Below are positions 44,424-58,610 of a stretch of 64,000 nt of DNA, in pieces; position 1 is the first letter of the stretch; each line of letters starts with the position of its first letter. The position numbers and the translations under genes are program-made. Source of the DNA: an uncultured Planctomycetota bacterium. GTDB lineage: Bacteria; Planctomycetota; Planctomycetia; Isosphaerales; Isosphaeraceae. The stretch lies in assembly GCA_963823665.1 (NCBI GenBank), contig CAWGMQ010000004.1:928001-992000 (forward strand), written 5' to 3'. Under the pieces are notes generated by a model. That model was not told the DNA's origin, searched no databases, and saw only the letters and a program-made list of their open reading frames with translations.

Positions 44424-44795
44424 GTGCGCGTCATTTCGAAGTCGCGGCTCAGAGAATTCTGGATTTCTCCCAGCTTTGAAGATTGCGAAGGGCCGCTGCG
44501 CTCCTGGTTTCATCACGTCAACAGCAAGACGATCGCATGGCGATCTTGGTCGGATGTGAAATCGTCATTCGGCAATGCAAGCTTGGTCGGAAACTGCACG
44601 GTTTTCAACATCGCCGGCAACAAATACCGGCTCGTTACACGGGTTCTTTATGCCGGCCAGAAAGTTTTCATTCTCAAAGTCATGACGCACAAGGAATATG
44701 ACCAGGACAAGTGGAAGGACGATTGCGGGTGCTTCTCTCCGCCACGACGCGCTTCACGCATTACAAACCACCAACCAAAACGCGGGGAAGGCTGA
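44424..44795 (+). CDS. higB: Type II toxin HigB (RelE fold)
   Basis: MRVISKSRLREFW...TVFNIAGNKYRLV...MTHKEYD. Confidence 0.92.
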   Translation: MRVISKSRLREFWISPSFEDCEGPLRSWFHHVNSKTIAWRSWSDVKSSFGNASLVGNCTVFNIAGNKYRLVTRVLYAGQKVFILKVMTHKEYDQDKWKDDCGCFSPPRRASRITNHQPKRGEG

Positions 44796-44798
44796 CCA

Positions 44799-45230
44799 AT
44801 GGCGTCGAAGACGCATTTTTCTCTTACCGGCAAGACGCGGGACGCGTACCTCGAACGTGTTCTTGCATTTCCTCTGGCATCGATCCACTCCGACAAACAG
44901 CTCGCTGCAGCACAGGCAGTCATCGACCATCTGCTCGCACAAGGAAGGCTGAATGCCGGCGAGGAGCTTTATCTCGACGCGTTATCCGACCTCGTGGCTT
45001 CCTACGAGGATCGCCACCACGCGATCGCGCCGCCGTCCGATTCCGACATGTTGCGCCATTTCATGGACGCGAAAGGTGTCACGCAGGCCGACCTGAGCCG
45101 AGAGACCGGAATCCCCAAATCCAGCGTCTCGGAAGTTCTTGGCGGCAAGAAGCCGTTGAGCCGGCAAATGATCCGCAAGCTCGCGGCTTACTTCCAAGTT
45201 GACGCAAGCTTGCTGGCCGCTAACCTTTGA
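44799..45230 (+). CDS. higA: Antitoxin HigA (Xre HTH)
   Basis: LSDLVASYE...GVTQADLSRETGIPKSSVSEVLGGKKPLS; follows higB. Confidence 0.9.
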   Translation: MASKTHFSLTGKTRDAYLERVLAFPLASIHSDKQLAAAQAVIDHLLAQGRLNAGEELYLDALSDLVASYEDRHHAIAPPSDSDMLRHFMDAKGVTQADLSRETGIPKSSVSEVLGGKKPLSRQMIRKLAAYFQVDASLLAANL

Positions 45231-45329
45231 GCGCATTTAGGCCTGGGCTTTGGCCGGCGAGGCGTGAACGCGGCGCCGCTCATCGAATTGAGTTTTCGCA
45301 TAAGTATGTGCTGCCGCCGCCTGCTCGTC

Positions 45330-45656
45330 TTATCGCCCGGGAAATAGCACGCGCAACAGTGTAGAGGTCGCCCAGACGACCACCGCCAGGGCGGCGATGA
45401 ACACCATCGTCTTGCGCAGCGACCGGAAGCTGCCTCGTTCCCGCGCCGCCAGCAGAATCGCCAGGCCGAGTCCGATGACGGTGCCGATGATTCCCCCCGT
45501 GACGACCTGGTTAATCTGGCTGAATTCATCGGATCGGAATAGCCATGACCGGAAAAAACCGAACCCGAGCCCTGCCATCATCCCGCCAATCGTGAGAATC
45601 GCAATCCCGACGGCGTTTCCCTGCAGTCGCGATTCGTCGTTTTGCACCACCGGCAA
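45330..45656 (-). CDS. Small hypothetical membrane protein
   Basis: Three hydrophobic segments; FRSLRKTMVFIAALAV. Confidence 0.55.
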   Translation of the reverse strand: MPVVQNDESRLQGNAVGIAILTIGGMMAGLGFGFFRSWLFRSDEFSQINQVVTGGIIGTVIGLGLAILLAARERGSFRSLRKTMVFIAALAVVVWATSTLLRVLFPGR

Positions 45657-45831
45657 CGCCTCCCGACTCGATGCGTGATCAGTCGTCTTGACAGATCGTG
45701 TGCTGCCGACTTGCTATCTTGCAATCCCCTCGCCGCAAAGACGATGCTGATTGACTCATTGATTCGATCGGTCGCGTGCCGTGTGTTTCGGCTGGCTGGC
45801 ATGGCTCAGGAGTATCTCGGGGTGCGTTTCG

Positions 45832-48192
45832 ATGTCTGATGTCGAGCCCCAGCCGGTGCGCTGGCACGACTGGCTCCGCGGCGCCGTCCACCGCGCCGCG
45901 CCACTTGCGCTGGCGATGGCGCTGGTGGGAACCGCGCTCGGGGGGCTGCTGATCGGGTATGAGCCCGTCGGCGGCGACCCGGACCGGCTTTACCGCCCAC
46001 TCAAGAGCGAGCTCTCGCGCAGCCTGGCTTCAGGCGAGCTTCCGTTCTGGAGCAACCGCTTCGGCCTCGGCGTCCCGCTCATCGCCGAAAGCCACGTCGC
46101 CGCGTTTTATCCGCCGAATCTCGTGTTATACCGCCTGTTCGATGTCTCGACGGCGTATCGCCTTTCGATGTGGCTGCACTACGTGGCGCTCCTCGCCACA
46201 ACGTATGCCTACGGCCGGAGCCTCAGGCTCTCGCCCTGGGGAAGTGCACTCGCTGGTATCGCCTTCAGTCTCTGCGGGTTCCAGACGATCCATTCCAGCC
46301 ACGAACCGTTCTACTGCCTGATGCCGTACTTACCGCTGGCGCTGGCTCTTGCCGAGTCATACATGGCGGACGGCCGCCTGGGCTGGCTCGCGCTCCTGGC
46401 GCTTGTCCTGGGCGTTCAGTGGACTCTCGGCCATTTTCAAATCCAGGCTTGGACAAACGTTCTGGTGATCCTCACCGGGCTCTGGCGATGGACCGTCGAT
46501 CGCGGCTCGTGGAGACGGGCTCTCTTGCTCATACTCGCGACGGTATGGGGCACCGCTCTGGCGGCCGTTCAGCTCGGGCCGAGCTGGCAATTCTCGGACT
46601 TGGTCGGCCAGACGAAGCGCGCGCCGAGCGAGCTGCTCTACTACCATTTCCCGCTGGTCAACTGGTTCGACCTGGTCCTGCCGCAGCTCATCCGCGACTT
46701 GCGCAATGGCCCCGATGACCATTACTGGTTCGCCCATCAAACCGAGGCTTACGAAGTCGCTCTTTACATCGGGACGATTCCCTTGATTCTCGTCTTCCTG
46801 GCGATCGCCTCACGGCCGTCGAGCCGGGCAACTCTCCCGTGGAAACTTGTGATCGCGATCAGTCTCGTCCTCGCGACCATGATGGCCTGGTGGCCTGAAG
46901 GCTACCTGGGCCTGGTCCGTGTTCCCCCGTTTAGCTATTTCCGGGTTCCCGCCCGGTACACGCTGCTCTCCACCTTCGGGCTGGCCGTGCTTGCCGGCGA
47001 AGGCTTCGATCGGACGATCTCGCGCGGCCGGTTCCGCGCGGGCCTCGGATCGGCATTCCTCTTCGCCGCGCTCGCGTTCGCCGCCGCGGTGTTCTGGATG
47101 AACCGGCCGGAGGTGCAACTCCGGCCGCTCGTGGGCCGTATTCCGGGCGGGTTTCTCTGGGGCGCTCTGGCCTGGTCGAGCGCGCTCGCGGCGGTCGTCG
47201 GCTGGCGCAAGAGCTGGGTTCCACCCTGGGCGTTGCTGGTCATCGCGGCCGGAGAGCTCGGAATCCTCTTCTATCATGGGACGACGGAGTGGGGCAAAGC
47301 AATCGCGCTCCCCGGCCAGAGCGGTGTTTTGACCGAGCTTGCGCGCCGCTCGCCACAAGCGCTCATCGGCGGCGACCTGGGAAATCTCCCGGTACGGTTC
47401 GGATTGAAGACCGCACGCCCGTATCTCGGATTCGCGCACTTGCCGCTCAACCGGTTGCTTCTGCGCTTGCAGGACCGGCCGCTTCGGGGCGGGGAACTCG
47501 CAATCGACGAGCGAACGCGCGGGCTTACACACAATCAGATCAAGCGCTGGCTCAGGCGCTGGCGGGTCTCGGTTCTGGTCGGCTCGCATCCCACCATACG
47601 AGAGCTTGGAAAAAGCCTCGGCGACTGGCACGACCCGACCCTGGACCGGCTCGTTGCGCGCGACCCGTTCCAGACTGCGCCCCGCGACTGGTCTATCGTG
47701 CTCCTGGCTGACCCGATCCCCGAAGTACGGGCGGCCAAACGAGCTTACACCGCCGCCACCCTGGGCGACCTCCTCAATCGGTTCACCCGCGAAGACGACC
47801 TCGACGTGGCCTGGTTCCTGGGGGAAGACGACGTTCCGGGACGGCCGGCGGCTGAGTCGGCCCGGGTGGTCTCATGGAGCGGTGATCGCGGCACGGTCGA
47901 GCACGAGGGAGCGTGCGACCTGGTGATCGCCCGGTCGTTTGATCCCGGCTGGAAGGCCCGGATCAATGACGGACCACCCGAGCAGGTGCTGCACGTTGAT
48001 GGAGGCTATCAAGGTGTCCGCATCCCTGGAAGCGGCGTCGACCGGGTTGTCCTCGAGTATCGACCGCTCGGCTGGGTTTGGTTCGTGAGAATGTCGTCGC
48101 TTTCCGCCGCGGCGGTGCTCCTGGCGCTGCTCGCGTCCCTGGCCGGTCGAGTGTGGCGGAAATCAACCACCGCGAAATCGGTTACGGGCTGA
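45832..48192 (+). CDS. YfhO-like polytopic membrane protein
   Basis: GELPFW.....G.P..AE.....FYPP, GHFQ, FRVPARY, C-terminal FDPGWKARIN...VVLEYRP. Confidence 0.78.
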   Translation: MSDVEPQPVRWHDWLRGAVHRAAPLALAMALVGTALGGLLIGYEPVGGDPDRLYRPLKSELSRSLASGELPFWSNRFGLGVPLIAESHVAAFYPPNLVLYRLFDVSTAYRLSMWLHYVALLATTYAYGRSLRLSPWGSALAGIAFSLCGFQTIHSSHEPFYCLMPYLPLALALAESYMADGRLGWLALLALVLGVQWTLGHFQIQAWTNVLVILTGLWRWTVDRGSWRRALLLILATVWGTALAAVQLGPSWQFSDLVGQTKRAPSELLYYHFPLVNWFDLVLPQLIRDLRNGPDDHYWFAHQTEAYEVALYIGTIPLILVFLAIASRPSSRATLPWKLVIAISLVLATMMAWWPEGYLGLVRVPPFSYFRVPARYTLLSTFGLAVLAGEGFDRTISRGRFRAGLGSAFLFAALAFAAAVFWMNRPEVQLRPLVGRIPGGFLWGALAWSSALAAVVGWRKSWVPPWALLVIAAGELGILFYHGTTEWGKAIALPGQSGVLTELARRSPQALIGGDLGNLPVRFGLKTARPYLGFAHLPLNRLLLRLQDRPLRGGELAIDERTRGLTHNQIKRWLRRWRVSVLVGSHPTIRELGKSLGDWHDPTLDRLVARDPFQTAPRDWSIVLLADPIPEVRAAKRAYTAATLGDLLNRFTREDDLDVAWFLGEDDVPGRPAAESARVVSWSGDRGTVEHEGACDLVIARSFDPGWKARINDGPPEQVLHVDGGYQGVRIPGSGVDRVVLEYRPLGWVWFVRMSSLSAAAVLLALLASLAGRVWRKSTTAKSVTG

Positions 48193-49898
48193 GCTTCTCG
48201 AGCTCGTTGTGGATCGTCTCCATCAGCGGTCCCATGATTTCCTTGGTGAAATCGAACCGGATTCCGGCGGCGGCAAAAAGCTCGGGCAATGGCCGAGAGC
48301 CCCCCAGCGCCAGGGCCTTCTTGTAGTCGGCCACGGCTCTCGCGCGATCGGAAAGGGACCGTTTCCAGACTTGCAGAGCACCGAGCTGCGCGATGCCGTA
48401 CTCGATGTAATAGAACGGATACAAGAAAATGTGAAGCTGACGATGCCAGGAATGGTCGCGGGCGTCCTCGTAACCCGAGTAGTCGACGATGCCGCCGAAG
48501 CGTTCCTGCAGGTCTCTCCACGCGGCCCTGCGATCTTCCCGCGTGTGGTCGGGATGGCGGTAGATCCAGTGCTGGAACGCGTCGACCGTGGCAATCCACG
48601 GCAGGATGAGCACGATCCCTTCGAGCAGCTTGCGGCCCGATCGGTCGCTGTCAGCCCGGTTGTAGAACGCCTCGAGCTGACCGGCGCCCAGGAGCTCCAT
48701 CGACATCGAGGCAACCTCGCAAAATTCCAGGGGAATTTGACGGTAGGCCGCCAACGCAAGATCGCGGCAGGCGAGCGTATGGAAGGCATGCCCCCCTTCG
48801 TGGAGCAATATGCGCAGGTCCGAGTCGAGACCGACTGCATTCATGAAGATGAATGGCAGCCGCGCGTCCTCGAACGTTGTCTGGTATCCCCCCGGTGCTT
48901 TGCCTTTGCGGTTCGCCAGGTCGAGGAGCTTCTGGGAGCGTAGAAACGCGAACTGCTCGCCCAGCTCCAGGTCGACCTCGCGGAGAATCGTCTCGGTTCC
49001 GGCGCCCAGTTTCTCCACTTCGTCGAACGGCTTGAGGGGAGGACGTCCGAATCGATCCACGGAGAGGTCCCACGGGCGAAGGGACTCGACCCCGAGGGAT
49101 TCCCGTTGCTCGCGCTGGATCTTCCTGGCGAGTGGCACCACGACATGCTCGACGGCTTCATGAAATCGGATCGACTCGGCGGGACCGTAGTCGAACCGCT
49201 CGCGGTCGCGGAACGCAAACTCGACGTAATTCGAAAATCCTGCCTCTTTTGCGATCTCGATGCGAAGCGTCTTCATCTCGTCGAAGAGGTCGTCGAGCGT
49301 CTCGCGGTCTTGCATGCGGCGACGGGCGGAAAGCTCCCATGCCTCCTGGCGGACCGCTCGGTCGGTCTCTTCGAGGAACGGGGCCATCTGGGGCAGTGTG
49401 CGTTCCTGGCCACGAAAGTTGACCGTCATCGCGCCGATCAACTTCTGGTATTTCTGGTCCAGCTCGGCGATATGGGTCTCGCGGGGAATGTTGGCCTCTC
49501 GGAAGAGGGCGCGGCGATTGGCGAGCGATCGGTCGAAAACCGCGTAGCGGTCCTTCGGCAATTGCGACGCGTTCCGGCGCGTCAAGGTAACGGTTCCGGA
49601 TGTCGTTCAAGAGCGGCTTGAGCTTGGGCTCGATCTCGCGGACGAACGCCAGATGGGCGGCTTCTCGTGCAGGGTCGTCGGTCTGGAGGGTCATCGCGAC
49701 GCGACGCCTTTCTCCTTCCTCACCGACAACGGCATTCAGCTCGTCAACCGCGGCCAGCCACTGCTCGAGCTCGGCAGGCGAGCGGAAGGGCTTGGCCAGG
49801 AGCTTATCGTACCAGGGCGCAATGTCTTCCCAGGTCTTGAGCTCAATCCCTTCGGGCAGCCACTGATGGGGGTGCTTCTTCGGCTCGTAACGACTCAA
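48182..49898 (-). CDS. M3 family oligoendopeptidase (frameshift at ~49570)
   Basis: LRPWD, GKAPGGY, HEGGHAFH, EVASMSME, PFYYIEY; AAGGAGG RBS before TTG. Confidence 0.92.
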
Positions 49899-49927
49899 TT
49901 GGGAACCTCCTTGGGGCTAACCTTGGC

Positions 49928-50227
49928 TCACGGGAGTGTGGCCTGGACAAGCCAGGCACCGGCGAATAGCCACGATGCCATGACCGCCGTCGCGATCAAC
50001 ACGACGAGTGCCGTGTTCGCAACGGCCTCGACATGGGCAAAAAGCCCCTTGGCTTCGCCAATTCCGCCGATGGTCTGAAACAGTGCGAGCACGGCCGTCG
50101 TGCCGAAGATCGCCTCGCCGAGCGCCGTCACGAAGACGATCAAGGCGATTCGTCCGACCTGGTCGCGCACGATCGCCAGGACCAAACCAACTGCGAGGAT
50201 CACGACGACAAGATGCCACAGACGCAT
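49928..50227 (-). CDS. Small hypothetical membrane protein
   Basis: MRLWHLVVVIL...; three TM segments. Confidence 0.6.
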   Translation of the reverse strand: MRLWHLVVVILAVGLVLAIVRDQVGRIALIVFVTALGEAIFGTTAVLALFQTIGGIGEAKGLFAHVEAVANTALVVLIATAVMASWLFAGAWLVQATLP

Positions 50228-50440
50228 CGGAGCCAGACATCCTACGATTCGGGGTGGGGGGAACCGCCACGCCAGCCTCGGCATTTTTATGGATCATGAC
50301 GCCCTGGCGCCTCACCTGTCAACCATTGAGCCGGCCGGCTGGTTCGGGTATCTCTATTCCTTCGTCGCGACCCTTTTCCTGTGGACCGAAGGCCTCCTGG
50401 CCGCTCCGGTCCGACTCTTGCCCGCGGAGAATACCGCCCC

Positions 50441-51562
50441 ATGGCTTCCCGTAAGACGCCCGCCCCCGCCCCAAAGAAGACGCTCTCTCACGCCCAGAGC
50501 AAGCCGCCCGCTCAGCCTCAGAGCAAGACGCCCACTCAGTATAAGTTCTCATTCGGGCCCTGGAATATCAGTACCGGGGCAGATCCGTTCGGACCGCCGG
50601 TCCGTAAGGAAATGGAATACGCACAGAAACTGAAAGCCTACAAGAAGCTCGGATTCGACGCAGTCCAGTTTCACGACGACGACATCGTGCCGGCCGATAT
50701 GGACTGGCCAAATACCAAGAAAGGGATTGCGGCCGTCAAGAAGGTACTCGACGGCGAAGGGCTGTCCGTCGAGATCGTCGCCCCGCGACTCTGGGAAGAT
50801 CCGCGCACGATCGACGGCGCCTTCACGTCGAACGACCCCGGCGACCGCAAGTACGCCTTCGATCGCGCTCGCCGCTGCGTCGACATCGCTCGCGAGATCG
50901 GCTGCAAGAACTACGTGCTCTGGCTGGCCCGCGAAGGCTCCTATATCCGAGAAGCCAAGTGCGCCAAGACCGCCATCGCGCGGATCGTGGAGGCCTGGAA
51001 CGCCATTCTCGAGCACGACCGGGAAATCCGCGTTCTGGGTGAAGCCAAGCCCAATGAGCCCATGGACCAGGCGTATCTGCCCACGGTCGGCCACATGGTG
51101 GGCGTGGCCTACTCGACGATCGACCCCGCGCGTTCCGGCGTCTTGATCGAGAGCGCCCACTCGATTCTCGCCGGGCTCGATCCCGCCGACGATATGGCGT
51201 ATGCCCTCTATCACAGCAAGCTCTGGAGCGTGCACCTAAACGACCAGAACGGCCTGAAGTTCGACCAGGACAAGGTCTTCGGCTCCGTCGAGCTGCGCCG
51301 GGCCTTCAACCAGATCTGGGTCCTCGAAAAAAACGGCTACGGCCGTGGCGGTGAATGCGTGGGCCTCGACGTCAAGGCCATGCGCACCACGACTTTCGAG
51401 GAATCAACCTTTCACCTCTCGCACTCGAAGACGATGTTCCTGCGCCTGCTGGATGTCGTGCGCGGAATCGACGAACGAAAAGTCGAAGAGCTGCGCACTC
51501 ATCGCAAGTACGAGCAACTGGAAATGCTGATCTTGAATGCGCTCATGGGGCGGAAGGATTGA
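50441..51562 (+). CDS. Xylose isomerase-like sugar isomerase
   Basis: FSFGPW, GADPFG, FHDDD, WLAREG, EAKPNEP, IESAH, FDQD, LDVK. Confidence 0.85.
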   Translation: MASRKTPAPAPKKTLSHAQSKPPAQPQSKTPTQYKFSFGPWNISTGADPFGPPVRKEMEYAQKLKAYKKLGFDAVQFHDDDIVPADMDWPNTKKGIAAVKKVLDGEGLSVEIVAPRLWEDPRTIDGAFTSNDPGDRKYAFDRARRCVDIAREIGCKNYVLWLAREGSYIREAKCAKTAIARIVEAWNAILEHDREIRVLGEAKPNEPMDQAYLPTVGHMVGVAYSTIDPARSGVLIESAHSILAGLDPADDMAYALYHSKLWSVHLNDQNGLKFDQDKVFGSVELRRAFNQIWVLEKNGYGRGGECVGLDVKAMRTTTFEESTFHLSHSKTMFLRLLDVVRGIDERKVEELRTHRKYEQLEMLILNALMGRKD

Positions 51563-51602
51563 CGGGAAGTGACCCTGCCCAAAGGCGTGGCAGTCCCACT
51601 CG

Positions 51603-52454
51603 TCAGGGCGATAGGTGCTTGCGGAACGATTTTAGATTGCGGCACGTTGCCGACAGCTTGATGAGCTCCATCAGTCGATCTTCGTCTTCGATGGCCGTGA
51701 GGCCGGCTTCGACCTCAGCGGCCTCGGGTCCAAATCGAGAAGTCAGGAATGCCACGATCGCTTCTCGCTGGCCTCGCAGCCGTTCCTCCGTGAAAACTTC
51801 CTTGAGCCCGGGTGCTTCGATCATTGCCTTTCGTCCTCCCAGGATATTGAATAACCTCGGATCATCATAACGCAGGCGGGCCAGGAACTGCATCACCGCC
51901 AGCAGGTTTTCATGCTCGTTCGGCGGAGCGTCGCGATCGATCCGCTCGCGGCACTCTCGCACGATCGCTTCCGGTGATTCGTCAAACTGTGTCAGCGGTA
52001 CCCAGGGAATCAATCCGACGTCTCCGGCCGCCAGGAGCGTTCGGGCCGGAAGCTCCCACAGCCGGACGGTTTGCCACGAAAGCGGCCATGTTGTCCAACC
52101 CCGCCGGCTGCGCATCGTCGTCGACTCAACCGAAGGCGCGTTCCCTCTGGGGCTGAGCACAAGAACCAGGACATCCGGAACAACTTGCCGGTCCAGAAAA
52201 ACGAGTGCCGTGCCCCTGACCACCTGAGCGACGACTCGCGGCTCGGGGTACGTGGCGATCTCCAGAAGGTACAGGTCGAGGTCAGACTCCCCACGCCGTC
52301 GCACTTCAATCAAGCCGTCCGGAAGTCGACGTGGTTGAACGAGCTCGGCCTGAAGGGCCTTCTACGTCTCGATGTCATCCACGCCCGCCAGGCGGAGTAT
52401 CGAATCGCCGTGATGCTGAATCAGCCACTTGCCGCTCTTGTCGTATTCGTGCAT
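51603..52454 (-). pseudogene. Rpn/DUF4351-like PD-(D/E)XK-type protein with in-frame TAG at 52362-52364
   Basis: MHEYDKSGKWLIQHHG...ET*KALQAELVQPRRLPDGL...LEIATY; VRLWELPA; C-terminal FLTSRFG. Confidence 0.65.
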
Positions 52455-52487
52455 TGCTTCTCCGCAATCGGCTGCGAAGTGCTCCGC

Positions 52488-54091
52488 TCACCGACGTTTG
52501 TTTGCCGTCTCAGGCGCTGGCGGGCCGACAAAAGATTTCTCTGGCACGTCCCGCCGGTCGCGCGGCACCAGGCACCAGTGAATCGTCTCGAGGCGAGAAA
52601 GCCCGGGAGGAACGGGCTCGAGGCCCTCGCGCGTCGTCGTCATCCGCTCGTACATTTTGCCGAGAAGCTCTTCCTTGACGGATGCGTGCGCGGGGTCGTC
52701 GCTCAGATCGGTCGTTTCTTCCGGGTCGGCGACTTCGTCGTAGAGCCGCAGGTAGGGCCCGGGCCGCCGCCATGGTTCGGCTGTCCGATAGCCATCCTCG
52801 CGGAGGCGGCGTCCGGTGCAGACGATCAACTTGTATCGGTCCGAGCGCACCATGGCCTCTTCGTTTTCCAGGTACTCGCTGAAAACGACGTCGTGCGCCT
52901 TGGCGTCCGGCTTCTTCTCTAGCAACGGCACCAGATCAATTCCTTGTAGATCGGGAGGCACGGGCAACCTCAGCAAATGCAGCAACGTCGGCATGATGTC
53001 CACCATCTCGACGAGCTGGGAGACAGTGCGCCCGCTCTCGACATGACCCGGCCAGCGCATGATCAGCGGGATGCGGACCGCCTGCTCGTAGAAACAGTGC
53101 TTCTCGACCCGGCCGTGCTGGCCCAGCATGTAACCGTTGTCGCCGACGTACACGACCAGCGTGTTGCGGGAAAGTCCCGACTGGTCGAGCGCCTCGATCA
53201 GCGGGCCGATTCGCGAATCCACAAACGAGAGCGATGTGAAATACGCAGCCTGGATGCCTTTCACGTCATCTTCGGACAACGAAGCGAAGATCTCGGGCTG
53301 CTGCCGGCGGTCGTACTCCGAAATCGGGAACGCCGAAAACTGGCCCGCGCGAAACCGCCGGGCCCAGCCGTCCGGGAAATGGAACGGGCTATGGGGCTCG
53401 TAAAAGCTGACGACCAGTGCGAACGGGCGGTTCCTCTTTTCTTTCAGGAATTCGATGGCGCGATCGACGAAGAACGTGGACTGCATCGAATCCGGAGGCA
53501 AGCCCATCGCGCGCGCATCCGCATTGAGCCACTCGCTGGCCGGATCGAGTATCGGCCGCCAGGGGCGACGCTGGTCGCCGCCGCGCGGCTTCTGATCGCG
53601 CAGGGTGCGTTCCCAGGCCGGCGTGTCGATCCGCAACGAGAATCCATGTTTCGAGGCGCCGTTGAAGTGCATTTTCCCGATTGCCGCGGTGTCGAAATCG
53701 AGGTCGTGCAACCATTCGCCCAGCGTGAGGACGTCGTCCGACAGATGCGTTGCCAGTTGCGTCACACCAATGGCGTGGGGAAGCCGCCCCGTGATGAGCG
53801 ACTGCCGGCTGGGCGTGCACAGCGGAGAGTTGCAATACGCTCGCCTGAAGTAAGTGCCCTGCCGCGCCAGTGCGTCGAGATTCGGCGTGGCCCGCCGAGG
53901 GTCACCGTCCTTCCCCAGCGTCCAGGCGGCGTGATCGTCGGCGACGATCAAGAGCAAATTCGGGCGATCGGCCAGGGCTGGGTCCTGCCCGGCGGAAGAG
54001 ACCGCCGGCACGGCGAGCCAGAGAACGACCAACGACAGGACGACGAATTGATTTCTGCGAGCGAGCATTGCGATGCAGCGAAGCTTCGTGG

Positions 54092-54095
<4 letters not shown>
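52488..54095 (-). CDS. Sulfatase (choline-sulfatase-like)
   Basis: PNLLLIVADD, CTPSRQSLITGR, GKMHF, PHSPF, GDNG, EKHCFYE. Confidence 0.92.
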
Positions 54096-56948
<2,853 letters not shown>

Positions 56949-56971
56949 GCGGATTGGCTCGAATCGACCGA

Positions 56972-57616
56972 CTAAATCTTCCACTTCGACGCGATGAGTT
57001 TAACGGCTTCCCGGATTCGCTTCATATCCACTCGCGTTCCAACCGTCTCATCGCCCGGAAGGTCCGCGGACGGCTCGTCCACCCCATAGAGGTGGCGGAT
57101 CACCGGCCCTCCTGTCGTCGCCGATAAGAGGAGCTCGGCGTGCTGCTCTGGGCTTCGGGTCAGCTTGCGGGTGCGTAGGTAGGCGGCCAGGGACCGGCAG
57201 GCCGCGGCGAACATCGTATCGTAGACCGCCCCGGCGATCGCGGGAGATCGGGCGGCGGCGGCCAGCGCGACTCGCTGGTAACCGACGGCATCTCGCCAGC
57301 ACACCAGCTCCGCGAAGCGCCCGCAGAAGAGGGCGACAGCCTCGACCGGCTCGGCTGCGTAGACGTCCGGGCTCCGGAGCTTGCCGAGGAACAGCCCCTT
57401 GATCAACTCGACCACCGCCCTGAAAAGTTCATCCTTCGACTTGAAGTGAGCGTAGACCGTTGGCTTGGTGGTTCCGGCACGGGCCGCCACGTCGTCCATG
57501 CTGGCCGCGTCCAGCCCCTTCTCCAGCAACACCAACTTGGCGGCCCAAACGATGCGGTCACGCCGCTCGTCACGGGAAAGGGACCGGAACTGCCGTTCGT
57601 CAATAATCACAAACAC
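56972..57616 (-). CDS. TetR/AcrR family regulator
   Basis: [31 protein letters not shown]. Confidence 0.92.
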   Translation of the reverse strand: MFVIIDERQFRSLSRDERRDRIVWAAKLVLLEKGLDAASMDDVAARAGTTKPTVYAHFKSKDELFRAVVELIKGLFLGKLRSPDVYAAEPVEAVALFCGRFAELVCWRDAVGYQRVALAAAARSPAIAGAVYDTMFAAACRSLAAYLRTRKLTRSPEQHAELLLSATTGGPVIRHLYGVDEPSADLPGDETVGTRVDMKRIREAVKLIASKWKI

Positions 57617-57622
57617 CTCATC

Positions 57623-57662
57623 TTGACTTGACGGTAAAGTTTATTAGACTTTACGGTGAAGT
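57623..57662. promoter_or_regulatory. Divergent promoter with two TetR-type operators
   Basis: ACTTGACGGTAAAGT (57626-57640) and ACTTTACGGTGAAGT (57648-57662), overlapping TTGACT...TAGACT. Confidence 0.7.
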
Positions 57663-57722
57663 ACGCACGAGTAGTATATCCGGCGTTAACGGTCGACATC
57701 AACAGCAAGGGGAGGAGTCGAG

Positions 57723-58610
57723 ATGCGTGTCTTCGTCACTGGTGCTACAGGTTTTGTCGGTTCTGCTGTTGTTCAGGAACTCATGAGTGCGGGCCATCAG
57801 GTGCTCGGACTGGCTCGGAGCGATGCGGGCGCCCACTCTCTTCTCGCCGCGGGCGCCGGGGTGCATCGAGGCGATCTCGAAGACCTGGAAAGTCTCCGCA
57901 CTGGAGCGGCCGCATCGGACGGCGTCATCCACACTGCATTCATACACGATTTCTCGAAATTCGAGGCTAACTGTGCAATCGACAAGCGCGCCATCGAGAC
58001 CTTGGGCGCCGCGCTCGCCGGCTCTGACCGTCCCTTGATTGTCACCGCTGGCACCGCACTTCTTGCGCCAGGCCGTCTCGCCACTGAAGAAGATGAGCCC
58101 GCTGCCAACGTTCCCCGCGCAGCTTCAGAACATGCGACAGACGTGGTCGCGGCGCAAGGCGTCCGTGCCTCGGTCGTGCGTCTCCCGCAGGTCCACGACA
58201 CAAAGAAGCAAGGCCTCGTTACCTACCTGATCGCCGTAGCTCGCGAGAAGGGTGTCTCGGCGTTTGTCGGCGACGGGCTCAACCGCTGGGCCGCGGTCCA
58301 CCGGCTCGATGCTGCCCGTCTCTACAGGCTGGCGTTAGAGAAGGGTTCCGCAGGAGCCCGTTATCACGCGATTGCTGAAGAGGGGGTGCCGCTCCGCGAG
58401 ATCGCTCACGCAATCGGCCGCGGCCTGAACGTTCCGGTCGTCGCCAAATCCCCTGAGGAGGCGACGGCCCATTTTGGCTGGCTCGGGTTGTTTGTGGGAA
58501 TCGACTGTCCGGTCTCAAGCGCACTGACGCAGGAACGGCTGGGATGGCGCCCGAGGGCACATCCTGGGATGATTTCCGACCTCGACCACATGCGCTATTC
58601 CGGAGCCTGA
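57723..58610 (+). CDS. Atypical SDR / NAD-dependent epimerase-like oxidoreductase
   Basis: [43 protein letters not shown]. Confidence 0.92.
   Translation: MRVFVTGATGFVGSAVVQELMSAGHQVLGLARSDAGAHSLLAAGAGVHRGDLEDLESLRTGAAASDGVIHTAFIHDFSKFEANCAIDKRAIETLGAALAGSDRPLIVTAGTALLAPGRLATEEDEPAANVPRAASEHATDVVAAQGVRASVVRLPQVHDTKKQGLVTYLIAVAREKGVSAFVGDGLNRWAAVHRLDAARLYRLALEKGSAGARYHAIAEEGVPLREIAHAIGRGLNVPVVAKSPEEATAHFGWLGLFVGIDCPVSSALTQERLGWRPRAHPGMISDLDHMRYSGA

Noticed and set aside
13373..52364. Stop-codon reassignment or readthrough to explain two in-frame stops
   Set aside because: The stops differ (TAA and TAG), and both codons end normal genes in this window
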